From the IMG/VR virus record IMGVR_UViG_3300045988_038600, positions 1 through 36,809 of that record: a stretch of 36,809 bases of DNA; one strand, given 5' to 3'. The notes under the pieces are model-generated. The model saw only the letters and a list, made by a program, of their open reading frames with translations. It was not told the origin of the DNA and did not search any database. Shown here piece after piece: positions 6,810 through 14,086 of the stretch. A program made the position numbers and the translations under genes. The stretch comes from a virus. The stretch's first letter is position 1. Each line of letters opens with the position of its first letter.

Positions 6810-6970
6810 AAAAAGTGAAGCTTATATTTTTCGAGCCGGGGCAGAAGGCCGAGCACGAAGGCGTGACGTACGTAGCGGAGTTACAAGCGAAAGGCGGGCT
6901 ATGCGCCGGGTGCGCGTTCAGCAAGCGCGGCGAGCCGTGCATGTGTCCTAGGGGCTGGGTGTGTGTGTAG
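6806..6970 (+). CDS. Small Cys-rich protein, 54 aa (not in the ORF track), paralog of 4998-5216
   Basis: Hand translation: MKKVKLIFFEPGQKAEHEGVTYVAELQAKGGLCAGCAFSKRGEPCMCPRGWVCV. ATGA overlap with the upstream stop. Confidence 0.5.
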   Translation: MKKVKLIFFEPGQKAEHEGVTYVAELQAKGGLCAGCAFSKRGEPCMCPRGWVCV

Positions 6971-7007
6971 ATGTAATAGACAGTAGTAATATAATATTTA
7001 AGAAGGT

Positions 7008-7268
7008 ATGAAAAAGTTAATCAATTGGTGGAAAGCGTCGAACCGCTGGAAGCATTTCTTATTTGCGATCCCGCTTGGTGCGGTGTGTGGCGCTCCGTTC
7101 ACTACGGGCGTAGGTTTGGGCATGGAGATAAAGGATCACTTATACGGCAACCGGGCTGACTTCGTAGATTTCCTTCTAACCGCTGTTGGCGGGGCGATCG
7201 GGCATGGCGTTATGCTGGCCGTTGGTCTGGACTATATGATAGGGTATTTAATCAGTTTAATATTTTAA
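7008..7268 (+). CDS. Small membrane protein, 86 aa
   Basis: ORF track. Two or three hydrophobic, Gly-rich helices. Confidence 0.6.
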   Translation: MKKLINWWKASNRWKHFLFAIPLGAVCGAPFTTGVGLGMEIKDHLYGNRADFVDFLLTAVGGAIGHGVMLAVGLDYMIGYLISLIF

Positions 7269-7271
7269 GTT

Positions 7272-7469
7272 ATGGAAAAAGCAATAATAGCACTTTTTGC
7301 GTTAATGGGCTTAAGTTTTATCAGTATGGCGGTGGCAATAGTTTTTGATAAGTCGCGCTTAATAGATTTTGATAAGTCGCGCTTAATAGATTTTTTCTGT
7401 CTGGCATGTATGGCGCTTGGAGGGGTGACCCTTGTGTTAAGTTTTGTAAACCTGTTATTAATAGTTTAA
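7272..7469 (+). CDS. Small membrane protein, 65 aa, containing an in-frame 8-aa duplication
   Basis: ORF track. Hydrophobic termini flank FDKSRLID FDKSRLID. Confidence 0.6.
   Translation: MEKAIIALFALMGLSFISMAVAIVFDKSRLIDFDKSRLIDFFCLACMALGGVTLVLSFVNLLLIV
7344..7391 (+). repeat. Perfect 24-bp tandem duplication (TTTGATAAGTCGCGCTTAATAGAT x2), in frame
   Basis: Read directly: 7344-7367 equals 7368-7391. Confidence 0.9.
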
Positions 7470-7472
7470 GTT

Positions 7473-7775
7473 ATGGAAAATATGGATCATTTATTCAGAA
7501 TGCAAGAGATAGAAGAGTTGCAAAAGGCAACGGGTAGAACATATGTTGGTGGCATGTTCAAGACCGCACTGTACCGCGCAGAGAAGGCGCAGTATAATAT
7601 GCGTGCCAAGATAGATAATCGTGTGTCGGTTTACGCCGAGCGCGTACCGCGTACGGCTAAAGAGATTACGACGATCACGATTTACCGGAAGAGCGAGCCG
7701 GAACGCCGGGTGGACTTATCGAGAATTGAGGCGTTGCGTTTGATCAGTGAACTTAAGGAGGCGTTGAAGCTATGA
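7473..7775 (+). CDS. Hypothetical protein, 100 aa
   Basis: ORF track. Confidence 0.6.
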   Translation: MENMDHLFRMQEIEELQKATGRTYVGGMFKTALYRAEKAQYNMRAKIDNRVSVYAERVPRTAKEITTITIYRKSEPERRVDLSRIEALRLISELKEALKL

Positions 7776-7873
7776 TGAAGAACGGATTGAAAATGCTAGG
7801 GCAAATGGTTCTGGCGATAGCGGCGGGGATCGCGCTTGGTTGTATTCTAGTATGTATCTTAAACAATTTATAG
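7772..7873 (+). CDS. Small single-pass membrane peptide, 33 aa (not in the ORF track)
   Basis: Hand translation: MMKNGLKMLGQMVLAIAAGIALGCILVCILNNL. ATGA overlap upstream, and the next ATG lies 1 nt after its stop. Confidence 0.45.
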   Translation: MMKNGLKMLGQMVLAIAAGIALGCILVCILNNL

Positions 7874-7874
7874 T

Positions 7875-8414
7875 ATGCCGACACCATATATTAAGAAGAA
7901 ACAAAGAAAAGTGTTGCTTATCGAAGATATGGCACGAGTTTATAATCTTCATGCGTTTTTCATTTTCAATTGGCTTGAAGCCAACGGTGTGAAGTACGCC
8001 AAGGTAAAAGGAAAGCCGTTTCACGCCGTAAATGCCGAGATATTCTGCGAGGCGATCCGGGACATAATGTATGCAGCCAGTAAGGTACGGGACGACAGGA
8101 ATACCCGAATCGACCCGGAACGCATACCGACAGTAGAGAATATGCTGTACCGTGACAAGGACAAGAAGCGGATAGGGCCTTATGAGAATGACGATATAGA
8201 GAGGCCGATCTACACGAGCAAAGACACCGAGACGAACAAATACGGCATAGAGGTTTCAATGCTGTACCGGGTCAATATGTATTGTGACGGCAGCAGGACG
8301 CTAGACAAATTGAACCACCGTACTTTGAGATGGGAAAACATAGAAAGGGCGGAGAAATGGAAATGTAAAGAAATTTTGGACGACTGGAAGGTTTTATACG
8401 GGTTGGTTATATAA
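7875..8414 (+). CDS. Hypothetical protein, 179 aa, with a possible N-terminal HTH_17/excisionase-like segment. It is the last gene before terminator T1.
   Basis: ORF track. LLIEDMARVYNLHAFFIFNWLEANGVKYAKVKGKPF resembles the short MerR/Xis-type HTH pattern, but the match is weak. Confidence 0.6.
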   Translation: MPTPYIKKKQRKVLLIEDMARVYNLHAFFIFNWLEANGVKYAKVKGKPFHAVNAEIFCEAIRDIMYAASKVRDDRNTRIDPERIPTVENMLYRDKDKKRIGPYENDDIERPIYTSKDTETNKYGIEVSMLYRVNMYCDGSRTLDKLNHRTLRWENIERAEKWKCKEILDDWKVLYGLVI

Positions 8415-8421
8415 GGATTGA

Positions 8422-8454
8422 GGGGTTAATGTATAAAAACGTTAACCCCTTTTT
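8422..8454 (+). terminator. Intrinsic terminator T1 (GGGGTTAA / 12-nt loop / TTAACCCC followed by TTTTT)
   Basis: 8-bp perfect stem at 8422-8429 and 8442-8449, with a T-run at 8450-8454, lying 7 nt after the stop of the last early gene. Confidence 0.8.
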
Positions 8455-8672
8455 GTGTTAAAATCGTGTTAACGCTTTTGGCGCACTTCTACAAAAACTT
8501 TGTGCGAGAAAACTTTTTAGAGAGAAAAGTTGATTTTAACTGTATTTTAACTAAAAAGCCTGTTTTTGACAAAAAAGTAGCCAAAACGTCTTTTACAACT
8601 CAATTTCATGTTTTACACCTGACCGCACTCACAGGACGCAGAACGCATTTTTCAAGTTTTTGATGTAAAAGG

Positions 8673-8900
8673 TTAAAATTTGTTTCTTTTACACCTAAAT
8701 CGCTTATTTATAGTACTTTATCATATAATATAGTGTATTTGTAATAGATGTAAAGATGATTAGTAGTGGAGTACATATTAATAAGTAATAATATAGTTAA
8801 CATAAATATACTATTGTTATTTTAAATAATAAATATATGGTATTTTTTAAATATACTCTATAGGGAAACTACCTTTTCATCGTTTACATCATTTACATCG
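8673..8900 (+). repeat. AT-rich non-coding cassette A, homologous to cassette B at 28737-28953
   Basis: The 50-bp core 8673-8722 matches 28737-28786 at 45/50. GATGTAAAGAT is identically spaced in both. A second conserved block lies at 8846-8889. Confidence 0.8.
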
Positions 8901-8940
8901 GGCTGAAACCCCGATGAACAGGGCGTTTCAGGTGTAAACG
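8881..8940 (+). promoter_or_regulatory. Nested inverted-repeat / pseudoknot-like element upstream of terS
   Basis: The outer inverted repeat is CGTTTACA (8881-8888) with TGTAAACG (8933-8940). The inner hairpin is CATCGGG (8896-8902) with CCCGATG (8910-8916). Its loop CTGAAAC (8903-8909) is complementary to GTTTCAG (8925-8931). Confidence 0.5.
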
Positions 8941-9015
8941 ATAGTTTTGGTAGGTGTAAAGATGGCGATTTGGGCGGAAAAAGCGTATTTTTGTAGAGTT
9001 GTAAATAAAAATTAT

Positions 9016-9705
9016 ATGGCTACAAAGAAGAAAGAAATTATAGAAACGAAGGAAGCGGTACAGCTGCCGAAAGTCGAGAAGGTCAGGCCGGATTACGCGC
9101 ACTTCCAATTAGCTCCCACATACGCGACCACCAAGTATTTGGCGGATTCGTTCAATTACACCAAGTGCTACCAAGTCGCCACAGCGCACTATGGTATGAC
9201 GCCTATCTGGCAGGAGCCCCAAGAACTTTGGGAGGCGTACGCGATTTACTCGGCTTGGTGCGAGGCTACGCCCGTTATAACACAAGAGGCCGTCAAGTCC
9301 GGTAACATGGCCGGGACGCTCTATGAAGTGCCAAAGAAGCACCTTCAATCGGAGGGGGAGTTCTGTATGTTCCTTGGGGCAAATCCCGTGTACTTAAGCA
9401 ATAGACGCTCCACGTACGCCGAGAACCTCAAGGAGTTCGATCTGACGATATGCGCGGACTTCATAGCGGTGATCGACAGGATACGCGAAGCCATCGCACA
9501 GGAACTCGATCAAGGTGCGACGGTGGGACAGTTCGACGCCAACTATGTTCGTGCCTTACGGGGCATTAAAACGCAAATGGACTACACGTCTAACGGTGAA
9601 GCCATCAAGGGCGGTTTGACGGTCAACGTAACCGATCCGAAAGTACGTGCAAAGGTTAGCTCGATTAAGAACTTTAAAAAGAATCATAAGGAGGACGAGA
9701 AGTAA
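9016..9705 (+). CDS. terS: Putative terminase small subunit (ATG at 9016; the track ORF begins at 8947)
   Basis: Lies immediately upstream of and coupled (TAATG) to terL. The segment PQELWEAYAIYSAWCEATP...FCMFLG resembles gp3-type DNA-packaging/small terminase N-termini. Confidence 0.55.
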   Translation: MATKKKEIIETKEAVQLPKVEKVRPDYAHFQLAPTYATTKYLADSFNYTKCYQVATAHYGMTPIWQEPQELWEAYAIYSAWCEATPVITQEAVKSGNMAGTLYEVPKKHLQSEGEFCMFLGANPVYLSNRRSTYAENLKEFDLTICADFIAVIDRIREAIAQELDQGATVGQFDANYVRALRGIKTQMDYTSNGEAIKGGLTVNVTDPKVRAKVSSIKNFKKNHKEDEK

Positions 9706-10877
9706 TGAATTGCACCTATGTATTCAATAAGATGATAGAGCCGTTTTGTGACCCCTATATAAGAGGTATCGCGAGCAAAGGAGGTACACGTTCTTCCAAG
9801 ACGTGGAGCGTGTTACAGCTCCTCTATCTGGTCGCTAACGAAAGCACCGAGCCCCTTATGATCTCATGCGTTACCGACACGCTCCCGGCGGTCAAGCGCG
9901 GTATGTTCCGCGACTTTCAGAACATGCTGCTGGACGAAGGGGTGTGGGACGACAACGCCCTCAACAAGTCTGATTTGATCTACACGGTGAAGCCGGGCGT
10001 GTACATCGAGTTCTTCGGGTGCGACAACGCGTCGAAGGTACATGGCCCGGCCCGTGACATTCTTTTCATCAACGAGGCGCAACGCGTGCCCCGCGAGATA
10101 TTCAGGCAGCTGGACGTACGTACCACGATCAAGGTTATCATTGACTTCAACCCGGTGCGCCGCTTCTGGGGTGAGACGGACTTCACAGGCGACAAGTACG
10201 TAACGATCCATAGCACCTACAAGGATAACCCGTACCTAACCAAGCAACAAGTAGAGGCGATAGAGCGCAACGCTAAGGACGCTAATTGGTGGCGCGTCTA
10301 CGGTGAAGGACTGACGGGCGGGCTGGAAGGCCTCGTATATCCCCAAATCGAGACGATCGACGCTTTGCCGGAGGATTTAACAGGCGAGGACGTTAAGTTC
10401 GTCACAGGGCTTGATTTCGGCTTCCAGAACGACCCGACCGCTATTGTCAAAATCTACATGCGGGGCATGAACCTGTATATCGATGAGGTGTGTTACGAGA
10501 CGAAGATGCTTAACCGCACGATCGCCGAGCGTCTTAAGATGGAAAGACTGGACCGCACCATTACGGTATGTGACAACGCCGAGCAGAAGTCTATCATAGA
10601 ACTAAGGGGGCTAGGCTGCAACACGATCCCCTGCATAAAAGGAAAGGGATCAATCAGGGCGGGCATACAACAGGTGAAGCAGTTCAACCTGTTCGTGACG
10701 AAGCGGAGCACGAACGTACTGGACGAGGTAGACAATTATACATACGTCAAGGACAACCTAACCGACACGTACACCAACGAGCCGGTAGACGCTTACAACC
10801 ATGCATTGGATGCAGTACGTTACGGCGTTGACTATCTTATACGTAAATACCGGCCGAGATACGCAAATAATGATTAG
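9705..10877 (+). CDS. terL: Terminase large subunit
   Basis: Walker A-like KGGTRSSKTWS, an ATPase Walker B region (ILFINEAQ), and a C-terminal nuclease region (GLDFG...VCDNAEQKSIIEL...DAVRY). Confidence 0.85.
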   Translation: MNCTYVFNKMIEPFCDPYIRGIASKGGTRSSKTWSVLQLLYLVANESTEPLMISCVTDTLPAVKRGMFRDFQNMLLDEGVWDDNALNKSDLIYTVKPGVYIEFFGCDNASKVHGPARDILFINEAQRVPREIFRQLDVRTTIKVIIDFNPVRRFWGETDFTGDKYVTIHSTYKDNPYLTKQQVEAIERNAKDANWWRVYGEGLTGGLEGLVYPQIETIDALPEDLTGEDVKFVTGLDFGFQNDPTAIVKIYMRGMNLYIDEVCYETKMLNRTIAERLKMERLDRTITVCDNAEQKSIIELRGLGCNTIPCIKGKGSIRAGIQQVKQFNLFVTKRSTNVLDEVDNYTYVKDNLTDTYTNEPVDAYNHALDAVRYGVDYLIRKYRPRYANND

Positions 10878-10886
10878 ATTTGCAGC

Positions 10887-11045
10887 ATGAGAGTAGACGA
10901 TCGGGTACGCATTAAATACGATTATGCCGGGGACACCGGGACGGTTACGGAGACCGGTGTGTTAGGCGTGGTCGTGCAATGGGACGGATCGAACGTTGAG
11001 GAGTGGTATTATTACGAAGAACTAGAACTGATTGAATATGAGTAA
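10887..11045 (+). CDS. Small hypothetical protein, 52 aa (not in the ORF track)
   Basis: Hand translation: MRVDDRVRIKYDYAGDTGTVTETGVLGVVVQWDGSNVEEWYYYEELELIEYE. Its end overlaps the next ATG (11038). Confidence 0.45.
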   Translation: MRVDDRVRIKYDYAGDTGTVTETGVLGVVVQWDGSNVEEWYYYEELELIEYE

Positions 11046-11718
11046 AACAGCGTTTTATGGCGTGGAGTGGTTGATCCTGCAAGAGCAAACCAACTGGCAG
11101 GGAAAGATTAAAAACGCTTTCCGTCGCTTGTGGTGGAAAATTTGTGGGTATTACAACCGCAAACAATTGGAATATATTTGTAACTTGCATCCGAATTACA
11201 AGGGCGGCCTAACTTCTGACCAAGCAGCGACACTTAACGCGGTGGCAGAGTACGCTAAGGCCGACCCTTTTATTATAAAAGACAGGAAGCTCGTGTACCG
11301 TATACCCCGTATAGAGGACGTGACGCTATGGCAGGTTATCGAGGCGAGAAGGAGCGAGACAGCAACGGAGAAGGTTACTAAGTGGTGTACGCCTATCGAG
11401 CACAAGCCAGCCGAGTATGCGCCGGATAACGTCTACCATTTGCTATGCGCAACGAAGTACATCAAAGAGCAGATCGAAACGGCGGACGGACTAGAGAAAC
11501 GGTTGTTCCCTTTTGACGCAGGGAGCACGCCGGAAGATGATCCGATCAAGGAGGCAAAGAACGTGCTGACGCTCGTACAGGCTACAGCGGAATTATTCGC
11601 TTGTTCGTTCGAGGACGCGAAGCGGATCAACTATCTAGATGCGATGCTGGCGCTGTCCAAGCGGCACGAGGAGAACGAGAAACAGAAGGCAGAGATGAAG
11701 AAACATTATAAATCATAA
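11038..11718 (+). CDS. Hypothetical virion-module protein (226 aa from the ATG at 11038; the track gives TTG 11032)
   Basis: ORF track frame. Confidence 0.65.
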   Translation: MSKTAFYGVEWLILQEQTNWQGKIKNAFRRLWWKICGYYNRKQLEYICNLHPNYKGGLTSDQAATLNAVAEYAKADPFIIKDRKLVYRIPRIEDVTLWQVIEARRSETATEKVTKWCTPIEHKPAEYAPDNVYHLLCATKYIKEQIETADGLEKRLFPFDAGSTPEDDPIKEAKNVLTLVQATAELFACSFEDAKRINYLDAMLALSKRHEENEKQKAEMKKHYKS

Positions 11719-11722
11719 CGTT

Positions 11723-14086
11723 ATGGGTTTAAAAAAGTATGAGATTATTACAGTAGGGAGCGACAAGAGAGTACGCGCCCTTCGTTCGTGGGCGGTAGGC
11801 GACCGTTACGTCAATATTGGCGACGTGGGCGGTATCGTGTACGACGAGAAAACCTTATCACAGGACGGCGCTTGCTGGCTGTTTAGGGGCAACTTCGGTT
11901 TTCCCGGTGCACGCATTGGCGGGGATTCGATCGTAGACGTAGGCGAAGTGACATTACCCGATACAGGTACGCCTAACGTAGACATTCTAGGGTCTAGTGT
12001 CGTAGTGGGTAGTAAATTACGGTTCACGTCAGATCAAACAGTGGCGGACGCGGTGGTGCTGACGGCGGCTGACTTTGAACAAGGCGGCTTTAATCCACGG
12101 ATTGTGGGCAACCCGTTAACAGGTTCAGACAGCCCTATCTATATAAGGACTAAAAACCCTATATTTGCAGGCGGTAAAACCGTAACCCTTAAATGCGAAG
12201 TTCCGGGGTACTCGGTTCAAGCGTTTGTATTGGATCGTGACGGACTTGTTATAACGGGCACACTGACCACTGCAACGGGGGCGGGCGTAGCCATAACAGT
12301 ACCCGCCGGGCAGTACTTTAGTCTTATGATGACGAAAGCCCCGGCAGATGAAACAACCCCGGCAGACGCGACAGCCGCCCAAATCACGTTTACGGGCACT
12401 TATGAAACCAAGCTTTCCGTCATTGATTCACGTGTTGAGATCAACCCGGCAACCGCTACAGGCATGGCAATAATCAAACCGGGCGGCATATATGCGATCA
12501 GTCCCGGTGCGAAGTACCCGGAGGCGATCATAAGAAATTCCAATATGTCTATAATCGTTCCGGCGAGTGCTAATAGAATATTCCGTTTGATGGGGCAGGT
12601 GATCCGATCACCTGCAACGCTAGACGCCACGGCGGGCGAAGTTGCGATATCCGGGTCGTACAGCAATATCAAGAACCTAACGGCTTCAGGCATATTGCCC
12701 GTCGCCTTAGATGTAAGAGCATATAACATTATACAGGCTCACGACTGTGATAACTTCGTAGTATCACCTACGATCTTTCCCGGACTGGCAGCAGCCCAAA
12801 CGGCTAACATGCCTTTTATCTTCCAAGGATGTAACGTTCCGAACGGTATATTCTACCATCACGCACAAGTAGCCAACACTTATAAGAACATTGATTTCGC
12901 GAAGGCTCAAGCTGATTTGGGCAAAGCTATTGCGTCCGGTGAAATACTTGCTAGTTCAGAAGTTGAAGGGATGTACCGTGCGTATTCAGTATCGGGGACT
13001 GTTTTTGGCGGTCTAGTTGAGGGTTACGATAGTGTCAAGTCCCTGAACATGGCGGGCACAGCAAGCTCTTATGGCACTACGATCTATAAGGACGCATATT
13101 TCACCGGACTGTTTGACTTCGCGGGTACGAACGTATTTGGTAATAAAGTTCGCAGCCATCAATTGGCACAGGTTCTGAACGTTCAACCGCGTGCGGTACA
13201 AGGTGAGTTCAATACGAGGACAACCGGACAAACCGTTACGGGTGTTGCACCTAGTACTTCCGTAGTTTCAATTGCGACCCCGTTCCGGGTGGCTGGGGGT
13301 AAGGGTCTTACAGTTCTGACACCCCCCGCAGGTTTGCGGGTTTTAGTGTTATTAACAGACATTAATAATAAAGTCATTACAAACACCGGGTGGGTAAGCG
13401 TAGAAACAAACCTTTCGCCCGTCGCGGTCTCTACATCTTATTACGCGTATATATCAGTAAGAAAGACCGCATTAACCGATCTAAACCCTTCTGACGTGGC
13501 AGGTACTCAAATAGTAACATACAACGGTTGTAAGATCGTGAACACAGGAGAAACGGCGGTTAACATGAAGGGTAATATCCGTGTAGAAGATAACGCTACA
13601 CTCGTCGATGCTAGCGTAGTTGGGTCGGGCTACTTCGGAGGAAACGCTGATGTGTCGGGCGTGACTGTTGAAGGGTGCGCCTACGTGAAGGATAACGCCG
13701 TAATCGTAGTACCGGCCGGATCAGCAACTATTCGTAGCTTGAAAATGACCGAAAACGCGTACGCCGCACCGGCAGCTCTTACTTTGAACGGCCATATATG
13801 GTTGTCGGGCAATTCAAAGTTTATCCCCGCAGCTGCCGCGTCAGGTAACGGTGATCTATTTATGCAGGATAACGCGGTTATATCGGGGTCGGTGTCCGTG
13901 AGCGGGTCACTCACCATGAAAGACAACGCTAAGGTGAGCGCGGGTACATTAAGCGTATACGGAGATATAACCGTTTGCGGTTCGTACAATCAAACTGTAA
14001 GTAAATTGTGGACGGGTAAACGCGTGATTGACAACGAGAACGCGCCGGGATACGATAATAACGTAAAAACTCAATATGACTTTTAA
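11723..14086 (+). CDS. Putative tail fibre / receptor-binding protein, 787 aa, with beta-helix-like repeats at both ends and two internal copies of a ~110-aa module
   Basis: Gly/Val/Asn-rich short repeats occur at the N-terminus (GDVGGIVYDE..GDSIVDVGEV) and C-terminus (GNADVSGVTVEGCAYVKDNAVI...QDNAVISGSVSVSGSLTMKDNAKVS). It lies in the structural block. Confidence 0.6.
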   Translation: MGLKKYEIITVGSDKRVRALRSWAVGDRYVNIGDVGGIVYDEKTLSQDGACWLFRGNFGFPGARIGGDSIVDVGEVTLPDTGTPNVDILGSSVVVGSKLRFTSDQTVADAVVLTAADFEQGGFNPRIVGNPLTGSDSPIYIRTKNPIFAGGKTVTLKCEVPGYSVQAFVLDRDGLVITGTLTTATGAGVAITVPAGQYFSLMMTKAPADETTPADATAAQITFTGTYETKLSVIDSRVEINPATATGMAIIKPGGIYAISPGAKYPEAIIRNSNMSIIVPASANRIFRLMGQVIRSPATLDATAGEVAISGSYSNIKNLTASGILPVALDVRAYNIIQAHDCDNFVVSPTIFPGLAAAQTANMPFIFQGCNVPNGIFYHHAQVANTYKNIDFAKAQADLGKAIASGEILASSEVEGMYRAYSVSGTVFGGLVEGYDSVKSLNMAGTASSYGTTIYKDAYFTGLFDFAGTNVFGNKVRSHQLAQVLNVQPRAVQGEFNTRTTGQTVTGVAPSTSVVSIATPFRVAGGKGLTVLTPPAGLRVLVLLTDINNKVITNTGWVSVETNLSPVAVSTSYYAYISVRKTALTDLNPSDVAGTQIVTYNGCKIVNTGETAVNMKGNIRVEDNATLVDASVVGSGYFGGNADVSGVTVEGCAYVKDNAVIVVPAGSATIRSLKMTENAYAAPAALTLNGHIWLSGNSKFIPAAAASGNGDLFMQDNAVISGSVSVSGSLTMKDNAKVSAGTLSVYGDITVCGSYNQTVSKLWTGKRVIDNENAPGYDNNVKTQYDF

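Noticed and set aside
8466-8663. GTG-started + strand ORF of 65 aa in the T1-to-cassette-A gap
   Set aside because: It starts 12 nt after a terminator and spans promoter-relic and TTTACA-motif DNA. Its composition is unlike that of neighbouring genes, and it has no ATG start. It is more likely non-coding regulatory DNA.
8663-8900. CRISPR-like or other regularly spaced repeat array in the AT-rich regions
   Set aside because: The TGTAAA/TTTACA motifs are 6-7 nt long, irregularly spaced and in both orientations. There are no 25-40-bp repeats with uniform spacers and no cas genes apart from the stand-alone Cas4-like replication nuclease.
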